Source of the DNA: Yuukianura sp. NJ FZ-2021
Lineage: Eukaryota
Assembly: GCA_046563655.1 (NCBI GenBank)
Contig: CM102283.1
Coordinates: 2,046,001-2,110,000, forward strand
Direction of reading: 5' to 3'
Length of the DNA: 64,000 nt
In this document: positions 13,401-27,800 of the stretch, one piece after another
Layout of the letters: each line of letters begins with the position of its first letter
How positions within the stretch are numbered: position 1 is the first letter of the stretch
Notes under the pieces: generated by a model
What the model was told of the DNA's origin: nothing
The model's input: only the letters and a program-made list of their open reading frames with translations
Databases searched by the model: none
Program-made: the position numbers and the translations under genes

Positions 13401-15173
13401 TTTTTGAACGATAAAACGAAATTTCGAAAAGGAGAGCCAATAATCTCAGAAAAAGTTTATAAGGACTTTTTTCATGCCAAAAATTTAATGACAATTGGAC
13501 AAAAGTTTGGCCCTTAAGGACACAAGAGTAGCCCTTGGGAAACTTTTGTTCATGATTTGAAGGGGTCATTCGAACATGGCGGCTTAGCAGAGCTGCTGTT
13601 CCAGAAAAAAGTAAAAGTAAAAAAAATGTAATATGAAAAATATTTCATTTCTTCGTCATTTTTATTACGAAAGTGAAAGTACGTAGCTGGGTTATAGTTT
13701 TTGGAGCGTCTTTGCAGAAAAATGTGGGGATTGCGAAAAAAGGAATTGCGAATTTCCGATTTCAAGTGGGCAAAACTTTTTTGCGAGCCGAAAGTTATAG
13801 ATTTGTCCCATTTTTGTTCGAATCGAGATTTCTTCTTTTTGAAAATGGCTATCGCGGTTAAAAGAAAAGTCGTTCATGACGAAGAAGCAGTTGAAAACAT
13901 TAGTGGAAAAGGCGGGAACGTGCTTTCCAGGTTCGAATTGTAGCTTTTCAACAAAGGAATAACGTCTCATAAATTACAGTAAAAGAAACAAAAAGACTTT
14001 TAGAACACGGCGGGAAAAAACAGTTGACTTTAACTCCATACATAAATATAAGTAATGGCGGATTTTTTTTCAAAATACGAAACAAAAAAGTTCAGCAAAT
14101 CTTGTCTTATCAATCAAAAAAATTTAGCAACAGAAAAACTGAACTTCAAAATTTAAAGTTACGTTTTGCGAAAATGACAACGTTTGGTTAAGTCAGTTTC
14201 CGTGTAAGAAAAAGTGAGAAAAATTTCGTGTCTTCAATTTCAACTTTTCAGCTATGAGAGCAAAAAATTTATAGCAATTTTTTACGTTTCAGATTTTCAG
14301 GTCACTTTTTTTTTTACTCAAAATGCATAAAATGGCACACCAGGTTTTTAGTTTAACGAAAATTTTTGAATTATTGGAAATTTTCGCGCCTACATAATTT
14401 GAAATATTTGAAATATTGCCGCCTCATCATGTTTTTCCCAGGCTAGGATTTTTTTGGTTCTTTATTAATTTCCTGCTCATAACTCACTACTTTCTCTTTT
14501 CTTTTTGAGAAGCAGAAGAAGAAAAACCGTTTGGCTTCCTCTTCATAAAAACCATCATGGAGAACAATTTGTCTTTCTCTGTTCTAAAAATGGAGTGTTT
14601 TCCTGTACTAAAAAAATCTGGAAAATACAAAAGCTACAAAGCCTGCGTAGTTCCGACTGCTCAGATTTAAATCCACATACTCCCATTGTTATTATTTAAA
14701 AAGTCATAAGTCCCATAAATCCCCGCTCTCTCTAGAACCATATTAACAAAGGAACTAACTTATTGGCACATAAAAATCTTACGACCCAGGTCACAGACAC
14801 TCCCACCATCCAAACAGAAGTTGGGCACAAGGCCAAAAGGCTTCTTCCAGAAGTTACTTACATGCTTCACAATCAACTTTTTAAGAAGAAAGAGAAGGAA
14901 AAATTTTGGGCAAGAAATTTTTGTCCTCTCTCAAAAATTTTGTCTTCTCTAAAACTTCCCGGAAAAGGGACAGGCAGAGTTGAAAAAATGTTTCACTTTT
15001 TGAAAAAGTTTTTACAAAGTTCTGTTTCTGGAACCGCACTAGACTAACTGTCTATGTCCACCAAACCAACACACTTTTGAAACTAAATTTTAAGTTCCAA
15101 AAAAAAGTTTTCAAAAAGTATCAAAATTTTGGAACTTTCATTTTTATCTAAGGTCAGATTAAGGTTAACTCAC

Positions 15174-15230
15174 CAACGACGAATAAAAATGTAAAGGCTG
15201 GAATGGGAGGAGTCGTTGAGATTTGACATT
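15174..15230 (-). CDS. dpr: Dpr-family protein, coding exon 3 (end of Ig1)
   Basis: (E)CQISTTPPIPAFTFLFVV completes the YECQISTxP motif; TTTCAG acceptor, GTGAGT donor; phases fit both neighbours. Confidence 0.93.
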
Positions 15231-15368
15231 CTGAAAGAAATTCCAAAAAGATTTCAACTTTTACAAATTCATGACCTTCCATTTTTTTTCAAAAGCTGTG
15301 TATTTCAGAAACGAAGCTTTTCTCTTTAACTTTTTTTTTCAAATTTTGAACTTTGACTTGCGGCTTAC

Positions 15369-15519
15369 CGTAAACGCCGTTGTCAGAAGACTTTGTGTTG
15401 CTTATGCGCAGGCCCCAAGTGTTTCCTGGACCATGGAAGGCTCGAAATCTACCGTCTGCTGTGTAAGCATCGACGCCGGAGGCTAACAAATGAGTATCAC
15501 GATGTCGGAGCCAAGAAAC
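15369..15519 (-). CDS. dpr: Dpr-family protein, coding exon 2 (Ig1 core)
   Basis: VSWLRHRDTHLLASGVDAYTADGRFRAFHGPGNTWGLRISNTKSSDNGVY matches the Dpr signature VSWIRHRDxHLLT..YTxDxRF; TAG acceptor, GTAAG donor, phase 1. Confidence 0.95.
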
Positions 15520-18500
15520 CTACGTTTTCAAAAACAACAAATAAAAATTTCATTGAAGAAATGTCGAATTTCAAATCGATTTTGGCTGGAGGGAGTTTTT
15601 CAAACTTGAAATCGCGGGAGATTTCAAACTTGACTTTATAAGCGATCCAAAGAGCTTTCTTTTAGTTTCAAGAAAATTTGTTCTTTACTTGAGAGAAGAA
15701 AATGTTCCTATTTGAAAAATGGGAGGTCAGTGACCTTTCTAAATTTACAAAATTTGAAAAGTTGTTTATTCAAAATTGACGCCTTTTTTGTATCTATACT
15801 GCTGGTATTAGTTGGCTTGTACTAAATGTTAAGGGCGTGTAAGGTTAGACTGTTATTGTTCATAAACAGGTCATTGAAGTAGCACTAAACGTGTGTAGAA
15901 CACACGAGGTCAACGAGGTCATCAAATAGTTTTTACACGGAAAGGTTTATTGGAACTTAGGTTAGGTTAAGCAGTAGACCAGCATTAGGTTATTACTCAA
16001 AGGAGGACGTTATTGTAGCAAATAACGACTGAAAAGTGTAACGATATAGAAGGTTTCACTACTGTTGAAAAACAAGAAAGTTTTAGATGGGAAAGCGGCG
16101 GGGTTTGATTCGAAAGTGCCGCCATGCGGCCCATAAGACGGTCTTCCACGAAAAGCTTTGGAGTCTCAAAGACTCAATTTAGAGATAACTTTGTATTGTT
16201 TCCATGCAAATTGTTCCACTACCAAACTTTCGTTCAAATAAAGCGAATGATAAAGTCTCTCTAGAGAAAGTTTCAAAACTTCCCGCCCGTCACCTTTTAC
16301 TAAACTTCAACTTTTACTTGTAGTGTTTCCTATTTTGCCTAAACCTAAAAGCACATAAGAGGCTACGCGTGTGACTATCAGAGTGTTTACAAAACTAAAA
16401 ATTTTGTCAACAAAAAAAAATCAAAAACTCTAAATTTTAGTTTGAAAATCATCTAATCCAAAAGCATGCTATATGTGAAAAATTTAACATTTCTTTCCAA
16501 AAACTTTATTTTATTTTATTTTTTTTTTTTAAAAAGTTAAACGGCTATAGCAGCAATTTGCAAATCGGTTATTCATAGTGTTTGTGAGATTCAAAGTTAT
16601 AAATTTCTACTACTGTTCGTTTTTGAAATCATAAATTTTGAAAATGCTGAGTGCAGCATTAAAATTTTAGTGGTATTAGATTACAAAAGTTTAAAATTTT
16701 GAAGATGACAAGTGAAGTTGCGACGAGTTTGTGAATAATAAAGAAAAAACGAAAAAAGTTTGTGCCAATTTTTCATTGTGTGTCACGAGCCCAAGAACTT
16801 TCTAAAGTTGACGGAAGGAAGACAAAAGAGGAAAGTAATTTAATTTATGTTTTCAAAAAGAAGTTTCTTTTCTGTGAAAAATGAAGTGCAAGAGAAAGTG
16901 AAAAAAATGAGTCTTCTGGCTAAAAATTTTTCATACGGAATACTACGGTATTCTGTCTTCATTCTTCAAAAAGTGCACACCTCTGCTAGTTATCTGCTTC
17001 TTGAACGAGAAAAAAGTGAATACATTATCATTGCGTCCACTTTGCAAAAAAAAACTTTCCTTTTAAAAAAAATTCAACTTTTTCTGACATTTAATTTCTT
17101 GGCACACGCTTTCACTGACACTAATTCACATTTTTAAAAACCGTAATGAATTACTTATAAACTTGCTTAACTTTTAAGAGTAAGAAGCAATGTTGTAATA
17201 ATTGTAATAAATTTTCATACCATTTTTTTACTACTCCCGTCGTTTGTTTTGAATGGTCAATTGTGTAAATATTTTTTAAATTTGAGATTTTCAAATACGA
17301 TATCTTGAAATTCTTGTCTAAAGTTCTGAATTCTTGTCGTATGCAAATGTAGAGGTAAAAAGCTTAAAATTTTGAGGTGATTCGGATTTCGCGCTCTTTC
17401 ACTTTTGGTTTTGTTTGAAATGTAAAAATTGACAGGATTTTGTTTCTGAATATGATTTTCTTTTCTCTCAAATTCGGATTTAACTCTGCACTTGAAAGAA
17501 AAGAGGTGAGGATTTTCTTCTGTTATAAAAATTTACAAGTCGAAAAAAAAAGATCATGAGAAGCAGAAAAGATGAGCTTAAATATTTCTCACTGTACAGG
17601 AATTCATACCTTTTGATCCACTTATCTCCTCATATTAAAATATAAAATGTAAAAAGGAAAATGGGAAATGAAATTGGATTTTTTAGTCCTCATTTTCTTT
17701 TACTTTTGATCCAAACTCGGTTTTCTTTTTAGATTTGGTTTGAAAAGGAGATCTCTTCATGGTGATAGACTTTCTCCAATGGGCTTCAATTTGAAAAGTG
17801 CGCCAAACAAATCCCTTTGACACCAAAACCAACTAGGACTGAAAATAGATCTCTTTTCATAATTCAACGTGAAGGATTTTCTTTCCTGTTAATATCGTTC
17901 CTTTACTGTACGTTACAGCACTTTTTCAAAGAAAAGTGCGTCAACATAAAAAAAAGAAGAAGAAGAAAAAAACAAGATTTTCAAAACGAAAACCCGAAGG
18001 ATTGGAAAGCAGGCAAAACCAAAACTAAGAAATTTTGTTGATGAAAAAAATTTGCAACATCAAAGCAAAAAAAAATGTCAGGAAGAAACAGAAATACAGC
18101 AGTATAAGAGAAAATTATCAAAGTACGCAGAAGTAGAGTAACGAAAACAGCGGGGTACAGAGACAAAAAAAAAGTTTTAGCCTGAAGATTGGAAAAACCA
18201 TTAAGAAAAGACAGCACATCGTCGTGTCTTACAAGAAACTGCGGTAATTGGGCAAAGCGCGGGATTCAGCATTTCAACATGGAAATGCAATTAGTACACT
18301 TAATACGATTAGCAAAAGAACACGAAACGAGAGAATTCTCGACAAAAGCTACGAAGCAAGTGTTGGCGGCGCTGAAATTCAAATTCTGGAGAATTTGTGC
18401 GCCGACTCACCAAATTTTCGCAAACTCCACTCTCATTTTTTTCCGTAGAAGATAAAATGTACGGTGGAAATATGCCTTAGAGAGCGTTTCCGGGTCAAGC

Positions 18501-21500
18501 AGAAGTCTTTAGCGTTAATTTGGGTGTAATTGACCTTGGGTGACCTCTGGAGAAAAAAAAGGCGGGAAAAAAGTTGCTGATGGCACAAGAGGAGACAAGA
18601 CAGCTATTAGCCCCCATAACGACTTTCTCTTTTGTGTCCAAAGAGAAAGGAGGCGTGAAATAATTTCTACTTTTTTCTTCCTTTTTTCTCTTTTTCTTTC
18701 GTTTTTTCTTCTTCTGCTAACTTTGCTTTCACTCCGACTTTATTTTCGTGTCTGCTCACTTTCTCCCGGGAGTGAAAGTTGTCCGAATTTCGCAAAACGA
18801 CAGCAGTGCAGTTCTGCTATTTGGCCAAACGAGGTAGAATGGGCATTGGTTTTGGTTCGACAGGCCACTGACCCTATGTGCCTTATTTATACTAACCGGC
18901 TGTGCACAACTCTAAAAAAAATTTACCATTTCTTTTTCCATATGGTGCCCTTCACTCAAGTAATGTTTTGTTCCATTTCTCAGAAAAAAAATCGTTGCAT
19001 AAATTTTAAAATTTTACTATATGAGTTCTTGATTTTTTGATTGATAAGGAACAATGTTGATAGAGGTTTGCGCCGTTTTCAACTGGAACGAAAGGACAAT
19101 GAGAAAAAAACTCAAAAATTATTTTTTTAGTGCAGGAAGTTTGAGTAGCATTTTGAGTTTTCATATTTTTTGTTTGAGCGAGAGTGTTAATAACAATTTG
19201 AATAGTGCGCCGTCAATTTTGCAAAGGCGGGATTTTTTTTAAACACTGGCAAAACTTTAGAGATTGAAGTCTATTTGGAAACTAAACACGCGCAAGTGCT
19301 TTGTAAGTTAATGGAATGAATCCCAAGGCCCACTTCAAAGAAAGAGAAACTAATGATGGCGGCCAAGCAGCAGTAGGAAATAGACGTGTAATATGCTTTT
19401 GTATTTACCGCAATTTATAAAATGGTCTGCCCAAAAGGCTTTGACTGGCTCTCGACTTTGTTCTGAGGTGAAAGCCTTTCTCGTTTTCATTTAGTCTTAC
19501 TCAAGGAACTTAAGAAGCCTAGAGTTGTGCGCCTCTGCGGCTATGCTTGGATTATTTTAAGTGGTTAGACGAAGAAGTGAAGATGAAGTGAAAACAGTGG
19601 CGCACGTGGCAGAGCAATAGACAGGAAAAGTTCCTTGATTGAGAAGATAGTTATGTTGTTTTTGGAACTTCCCGCAAAAACACAAAATCGCCTGTGCTTT
19701 TAGTTCCTTACAAAAACGAGATATCGTTTCCGTCTGCTTTCACTTTTTCTACTTTCACTTTTTTTTTGTTTTCATTTCAGTGCCTTTTCTAACTTCACAA
19801 GCAAAATCTAAAAACAACAACGGAAAAGTGGACGAATTTGAAAAAAAAAAATGAAAAAAGGAACTGTTCAAAAATAATTTTTTTGAAGTTCTCTACCGTT
19901 TTCCAAAAATAAGCAAAATATAGCGCTTTTCGTGAAAAGACAGACAGACGCACACAAAATTTTGCATTAAGTAGCATTCAAGTTGAGTTGTGCTTAGCAT
20001 ATAAACTACTTTAAAACTACAGGCGCGCTGTCCAAAATTCTGCAAGTTTAGACAAAAATCAAAACGTCAGAAAAATTCTGAAAATTTAAATTTTTTTTTA
20101 AAATATCGCCGTTAGCGACATTTACGTAATAAGAGAAATCGTAATATTTTTAATGTATTAAATTGAGATTGGATTACTAAGTGTATTGAAAACTAACTTA
20201 ACGAACCTGAAATAACCTAACGTAATCTGATCTAAGTAATACTAGAAAGCAGCATCCAAATTTTAAGCGCACCCCGGAGGGGGCGGCGGGTCCGGCCATA
20301 AACTTTTTTAGAGAGATTTCCTTAGAGAGTAAATGGGGGGCTTTAAATTTTGAGATTTAGAGACTTGTTGGCTAGGAGATTCCAATTTGTCATTCCCGCG
20401 TGCTATTTCAAAATGGGGTGGAGGGAGTAACTATGAGAGGAAGAGAGAGACCATACTAAAAGTTAGTATGAAGAAGGACTTTTTGAGAAGTCGTTAAGCG
20501 TTTGTCAGCGTTTTAGGGAGGACCCAGCAGCGTGGATAGCCTTGCCAGAGAATTTATGCCAAGGAGGATCATTGAGTTTCCTGCAAAGTCTCTTTAGCTT
20601 TTTAAGCTTCTCTGGTTGTGGAGAAATGCAATTTTTATGAGCTCGTGAATTAGATTCCGCCAGACGCAGTTTGGGCTTGGCATGAAGATTAGGCTGCAAA
20701 TTCCGCCTTTTTTAAATTTAAGCAACCCGCTAGCTGACTCAACTGTCAACCCAAGCCAAGGACGCGTGAAAGCACACTACGGAGAGAGTGTAATCCTTCA
20801 ATTTCATATTCCAAACACATCAATCCATCCATCACCCCTCTAGCCTTCTGTCTATTGTTTTTGTTGTCATGGAGACGTCAAGGGGGGGGGGTGTCTGAAT
20901 CTAACCCCCCCCCCTTCAGCTCAGGGCGAGGATTATGTCGAGCCCTGGGTGTTCGGTCGATCCTAATCCACTCTCACTCTACTGACAAGTCACGTGAATA
21001 TATTTTGGCCTAAAAGTGGCACAAGTATCGGCTTTCTCGTGCGCACCCTGAGAGGTGCGCAGCCTGTAAACAAACACAGCAGTCACGCATCTTTGACAGC
21101 ATCTCATTATCCTCTGCATGTACAGACAGCATCATCTCTCAAAAAGACCACGCAAACATGTCAGCAGTATTTATGACAACTTCATTTAGAAAAGTCGCGC
21201 CAAATGCGCGTGTTCAAGAAAAAGTTAAAGTAAAAAGGAATTTCAACTAAGAAAATTTCTTTCTAAATTTTGAACGAGAATTGTATAAAAATTTGTGTAC
21301 TATGTTTCTAACCTAAGGAAGTGTCAGTGGAGAGACTTTTCATTTGGAGAAAGTGAGAGTGATTAAGAGCGGCAGAAGAAAAGAAAGGCGCGAGACTGCG
21401 CTGATTTGAAAGGCGTTACTCGAACTTTTACGTTCTGAGACAATGGGCTTGGGTTAATCCAAAATTCGGGGCATATCGGAGCATATCCGCCTATCTGAGG

Positions 21501-23062
21501 AATATCCAGGATATCTTGGAGGGATTTTTTGGTTGTGGAGGAGACTAGAGTTCCGGAGAAAGCGGAAGGAAAGTGGAGAAAGTAAGGAGGGAGCTTGTCG
21601 TAGATAATGTCAGACGAAGTAGTGCTGACTATGATAGATTAACCACTTCCCATTAAGCCATGTTCCTCATACTTACGCATAAAGGCCTGCATTTTCCCAG
21701 AACAAAATTCAAAAAAGTCAAATTTCTAAATTTCCCGCGGCACTTACTTAGTCATTGTTAAGGAAGTTCACTTTTCCGTGCGAATTTCCACACACTTTGT
21801 GCAAAAAAGCACAACTTTGTTTTTGTTTGTTGCTAATTTATAACCATAACCGATCCTAGTTGAAAGAAATCAGTTCAAAAATTGTGCTTTTTAGAATTTT
21901 AAAAAATCTTGTTTGAAAAGAAACTTTTCTTTGTTTTTTCGAGAAACTGGTTCCACACGTAAATTTTGAAGATTTAGATTGATATAATTTTTACATTTAA
22001 ATTTTTAATTTAATTTTTAAGTTCTAACGTGTGTTTGTTTTTTTTTTAATTCAAACCGAATTCGGGTCAGATCAGGTGGAAAGTACGTGTTTTGCAAAAA
22101 CCGAAAATTCGGCGGGAAGATGATTTGGATTCATTTTTGAAAAAAAAGTGTAAGGGAAATCTGTGAATGTGAATTTGAGGAATTCGTGATAGAAATGAAA
22201 AAGGCAAACTCATCAAGTTCTTATTTGATTCAAATTCTGTGCCGAATGGCGGATGGCGGAATGAATTTTAAAAATTTGGCTTTTCCCGGTTGCACTTAAA
22301 CTTGCGTGCCAGAATTGAACTTTCTTTTTTTCTGAGAATCATTGCAGAATTTTTCCAAACCTCCAAACTCTCTCTTGTGCTTCATTCAAATTCATTTCTT
22401 TTCCCGGAATTATTTTCTCAACAGGATTAAAAATCAGGACTCTGCTGATGCCAATTTTTGTTTTGTAGAAGCAATTTATTTAGAACTGACACTTTCTGAA
22501 ATTTGTGTTTAAAAAAAACTCATTAAAAAAACAGAAACTTTTTTCATTTTGAATACTACGCATTTGAAACTTTGCTCTCCAGTTTCATTTCCGGTTGCCA
22601 AAACTTACTCTCTTTCTGTCTCTCGTGTCTGTCACTTTTATTTATGGTTCAGCCCGGCGAATTTCAAAATTTTGAAAATGACTGAGGACAAGCGGAGTGT
22701 AGGACGAAAGATTTTGAAGATTTTGAAAACTTCAAACTCGCGCGTGGCTCATATTGATTTTGTGACGCTCATACTAACGTCGTTTTTAGCGGTCTTAATT
22801 AAAATAGTTTTTGAAAGAGAAAGTTCATGGGCCACTACGTTTTCCATCTCTCGTGTGTGTTTAATTCACTCTAAATTTTTAGTTCACTGCTTTTCTAAAA
22901 TTCAAATTGTTTGTTCCCGCGCTTTTTCAAACAGTATACCGCTTTTCAAAACTAGTTACCCGCCAAACTCTTTTTGGCTTGAATAATTAGGTTATGGAAA
23001 TTTGAAATACAGTTACTAATCCTTTCCCGCCATACTCAAATCACGGATGTCCATATACTTAC

Positions 23063-23317
23063 AGTATAATTTCCGGGATTCGTGACTTTGCATTTGAGTT
23101 GACCCGTCTGTCCAGCCAGCACTGTCACGTTTCCCAGCGTTTCAATTCCAGCTTTCCCGCCACTGCTGTCAGAACTAATTTCACTGCCCTGGTTATTTCC
23201 AGCGATGACGAGGAGTAGTATGGTGCACAGCCAGAAGCTGTCACTAATCCTCGGATTCCGCCGACGACCAGTTCCACTTGCTTCCTGCCATTTTGAATTG
23301 AACCACAGCAGTCGCAT
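23063..23317 (-). CDS. dpr: Dpr-family two-Ig cell-surface protein, coding exon 1 (signal region and start of Ig1)
   Basis: ATG at 23317; hydrophobic FWLCTILLLVIAG, then NVTVLAGQTGQLKCKVTNPGNYT; GTAAGT donor at 23062, phase 0. An upstream acceptor at 23408-23410 implies a further 5' UTR exon. Confidence 0.9.
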
Positions 23318-24773
23318 TATGTTTTTGGGGCAAAGTGAGACGCAACGATCTTCTAATTATTAAATCGATCCACTTCAGTCAAGCGAACTTAATTAATGTC
23401 CAAAAGCCTGAAAAAAGAAAAAATGAACATTAGTCATTAATATGGGTGTCAAAATTTTGAATTCACAGTGGCTTAAAAATTTAAGCCCCAGTTTTTTTTT
23501 CAAGATATTTTTTATCTTAAGTGTTCAAAAAAGTTCAAAGTTTAACACACGTTTTTGAGTTTCTTAAAGTTTTTTGGAGCAGGAAGAAAAGAGAGGGAAA
23601 AGAGTTTGAACCGATTTCCCGTGGCGGAAAAGTTTGAAAAGTTTTCAAAAAAAAATTGATAGAAAACTTATGGCGGCATGTGCAGGAAGTGTGCTGTGGA
23701 GAATTTTTTTTTGAATATTTTTTCGCGGTGCACGGCTCTAATGCATACACAAGACTGAAGTTGTTCACTTGAGGCGACTTCGTAAGAAGTCTTCAGCAGT
23801 GACATAAGGAATGTCATGAACAAAGATAAAGTTGTAGTTCATTTTTGGGGCAAAGTGAGATACTACAAGAGAAAAGCGGGAAGGAAGTTATTTACGCTAA
23901 ATGCATTTGCCTAAACCTTAACCGTGGAGACGAAGGGAAAAGATGAAATTGAATTTTGAACTTATTTTTGAAAAAAAAAATTTCGAAAAAGAAAAAAAAG
24001 TAAACCTCTCCAGGGAATTTTTGAAATCCAATCCCAAAATGCTTTTTGGGCATGTTCAGTCTCTGTCTCAACTCCCAAAAGACTTGTGCGCGCCGACTTT
24101 AAGAAGAATGTGTGTGCACCAGGTTTAAACTTAAAAAAAGTGTAGTATTTGATGATTTGATGCACTTTCATCGTCTCGTTCGCACTCTGCGTTCGAAAAC
24201 CCATTTAGAGAACAAGTTTTGTGCGTGTGGAGGACATTTGAAATTTTTTTGAAATCCCCGGGGAAATTCAAAAGGTGAAAAACGGTGACTGAGGAGGTTC
24301 ACCACGAAAAGGACTTAAAGACGATTGTGTGGGAAAACGAATGGGTATTGCTTTACGTTCGAATTGGTTCGTTTTTGGGGAGCAAAGTGGGGGGAGGTTA
24401 GGGTAGGGAAGGACATTTTGAAGTTTAGTTTTGGGCGGGAACGTTTGAAATCCCAAGGTGAACATGAATTTTGGCGGGTTTTCACACAAAACTGCACTCC
24501 AATCCCTTTCCCATAGATTATTCATGGACATTCATTTAAACTTTTTCCGGTTTTGACTCAAAATGGACTTTTTCTGGTTAAAAACGTTTTTTCTCACAAG
24601 ACTTTAAATCACCAGACCGCACACACATAGCAGAATCGTTAAACCTGCGGACGATCAGCTAGGACTTTTCAGTTTTAAATAAAAAAAAACTGAACAAAAA
24701 AATTTAAAACTCCATTTTTTTTCTCATTTTTGAAATGTTTGCGTTTGGTTTAAAATTAGAAAAAAAAAGTTTG

Positions 24774-24857
24774 TACCCGGGGCGGGATTTGAACCCGCGG
24801 CCCTCTGCGTATTATTGCCTGTTAAGCAGATGTGATAACCAACTACACCACCCGAGC
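24774..24857 (-). tRNA. tRNA-Val(AAC) with a 10-nt intron at position 37/38 (intron 24810-24819)
   Basis: Minus strand folds as a cloverleaf: acceptor GCTCGGG/CCCGGGT+A, D arm GTGTAGTTGGTTATCAC, anticodon arm TCTGC-TTAACA[GGCAATAATA]C-GCAGA, T arm GCGGG-TTCAAAT-CCCGC. A T-run Pol III terminator follows within a few nt. Confidence 0.9.
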
Positions 24858-27800
24858 CGGTTGAAAGTAGAGCCCAAATTTACTCTCTTTGAACAAAATC
24901 TTGCGAAAATCAAACTCATTTATACGAACCGCACGTTATCACCATAACCAAAACTGGTATTCGTAAGTGGACGCTGCAATTAGCTTTGGGCTCTGCTGTA
25001 CGTGACCTCATTTTGACCTCTGGCTTGATTTTTTTGTACACAATCTCAATATTGCAAATTTTTACACTCAATGTTGTAACGTAAGCGTATCAGACTTAAA
25101 TTAAACCTAATCCCATTAAGTTGCCTCGGTTGAAATTCGGCTCATCATGCTCAATTGTTATTGGGAACAGTTTGCCGTTTTGGCTTCAACCAATGAGAAA
25201 CAGTTTGCAGCTTTTCAACCAATGAGAACTGGCGAATGCCAGAGGTTCTATAGGTTAACAAACTTAAGGCGGTAAATCGGGTATTAACCCGGGTCATTTG
25301 TTTCCAGGAAACGTTTTAGAAGGAAGCTTAGCGTCCCGTGACCCAGCGGGGTCTTAGAATATCAATGACACTATGGTAGTCTAAAGTAACAAAACAAGTC
25401 CAAAACTCAAAGGCGGGAGATTTGAATGAAGAGGATTAGTGTCTCTGCAGTTCCAGTTTTGGAGGCGCCGAATCCTCTGATTCAGCAGAAGTTATTGATC
25501 TCCGGAGGTCATTGACCCGAGGTGACCTCATGCTGCAACTTCTGGGTTAAAGTGAGGACAGAATTAAAATTTGGAGTATAGGGGAAAAAGCATATGGTGT
25601 CATAATTTTTAAATTGAACTGAACTTCCCGCTCTCGCTTTGTTCTGCTCTCAACCTCAAAGTGTTTTCCCTCCTGAATTATTTATTTGTTCCTTTCGACT
25701 AGCTACTTCAGAAACACAATGGAAGTTGGGGCACAATGAGACTTTTTTGTGGTTTCGACGAGATGTTGCAAGCTCTAAATTATTCTTTAGTAACAAATGG
25801 ACTAGAGAGTTTCTAAATATTAATTTGGGAAGGTGTAAGGTGAGTGTTTTTGTTTGAGGTTTTGTCCAACTCTGCCAAACGCAGGTTGCTGAAGAGGCCA
25901 CTCAACCAGAAATGCTTATCATCATTCTTCCATTCCGCATGTTAGTTACTCCCTTCTCCTATTGTTAAATCTATAAATTGTTTATTGTATTACGATAATC
26001 AATTTATATAGTAATTCAGTTAAAGTCTAAGTGGAAGGCGACCATGGAATTTCAATGTTCTTATGAATAGTGCCCAACAATGAAGTTGTACGAAGGTGAA
26101 AGACACAAATTCTATCACCCTAAAGAGTTTTAGTAACGGAATACATAGTAAATGTATAAAATTACATTCTAATATGCATAATTTAGTAAATTTTACATAA
26201 TATAGAATGCCAAGCACTGTACGCATGGTACAACATGGAAATGTAATGTTTCTACGTTATGTCATGAAATCACGTACCACACAATTGGCATTGGCATTAA
26301 CGTAGTGAAAACTATTTTTTGAAGAAAGTCCCTTTCTCCAACATTGTTGTAACAGCTTTTGAGTATGAAAACTTCAAAATTTGAATTTGTCTATTTTTCC
26401 CGCGCTACGTTTGATATTTACAACCAGATTACTAGTTACTGCGGCGCACAACTCTGCATAAACTTCCAAACGAGGCTATCTTGACGTAGAGAAGTAAAAC
26501 TGTATTAATTACATAACTATAATATATAAATTACATAACTTAATTTCATAAAAAGAATTTTGTACGGTACGGAGCACTTTTTGTGTCACAAGGTAAACTA
26601 ATTACTAAAGTGATTAAGCGTAACAGTGATTAATTGGAGGAGGGGGAGGGGGTACATTTGAGGCTGTTTAAATGGATTTAGGAATGAAATTATTTAGTCC
26701 AAGCACGCAGACGGTGGAGGGTGAGAATTGGGCAGAGATGGGCAGTGGGCCGAGAGCGCCAAAATTTAATTTGGTCAAAAAGGTCTAGAAGGTGCGTAAA
26801 AGTGAATGGAAACTTCCCTCAACTTAATCCAATTAGAAACAAAGTGCAGGAATAGATCTATCGCCCAGGATTAACTTCATGTACAGAGTAATTTTTAGAT
26901 GAGTCTACAGCCGGAAACTTTAAAACTAAAACTCATTTTTGCATTTCAGTCCCTCTGCATTTGAGTTTTAAATTTTGAAATGACTTAAATCTACATTTTT
27001 GTTTCATTTTTAAAAATAAGAAATTTTAAAAAGTGTTAAAATTTTTGTCACACCTTGCTACGCATTTCCTAACAAGGTCCCCAGTGACTTAGGAATTAAT
27101 TAACACTTTCATTAAGCGAGAGATGAGACTTTCAGTTTCACTTGTAAGTCATTTTCCCTAGGACTAAAATTTACTAAAATGAAAGTGGAATTTTTTTCGC
27201 GTTTTTTTTTTCTCTATTCAAAAAGTGAATTCAAAAGCATCTAAAAGGAACCCACTCCAGTAGAATCCGTTGAAGAAATTAGCAAGGGAAATGCACAGGA
27301 AATGCAATTAAGAAAAGTAAATAAATTTATAAGCTCCACTTTGATTAAGCAGATGTGCATTAATTTACTGGTTCTTCACATTTACTAAAAACCAAAAATT
27401 TCAACGAATTTTGAAAATGGGACTGAAATTTTGAAGAATTTCAAAAATCCAACTTTGCAACGTTTTTTAAACGTGAAGATGAGAAAATTATTTTTCTTGT
27501 GTTCAGGAAAATATTATTCCTTCATCAGAAATTTCCCGGCTAGAATCAGAATTCTGTTTTTGAAAAACTATTTTTTGTTAAAATTTGAAGAACTGCGTAA
27601 AAGTTTGCAAGTGAAATGGAAATGACCTTTGCACAGTTCTAGGCAGAGCGGTAAAATTCAAAATTATTTCGTGAACAATTAAGAAGCGTATAACGACTAA
27701 GCGGGAGCTTTTAATTACAAAAAGTCTTAACTTTTTCCTTTCACTACTCATTTCAACTCCTCGCTTTTTAGCAAAGAGTTTTTATTTTTTTAAACTGGCG

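Noticed and set aside
11745..22986. Longer ORFs in dpr introns (11745-12239, 18540-19040, 22549-22986)
   Set aside because: Mostly non-ATG starts, F/K/L bias from homopolymer runs, no domain signal.
25860..26260. Possible exon fragments in a compositionally different patch
   Set aside because: Short frames with stops and no recognisable product.
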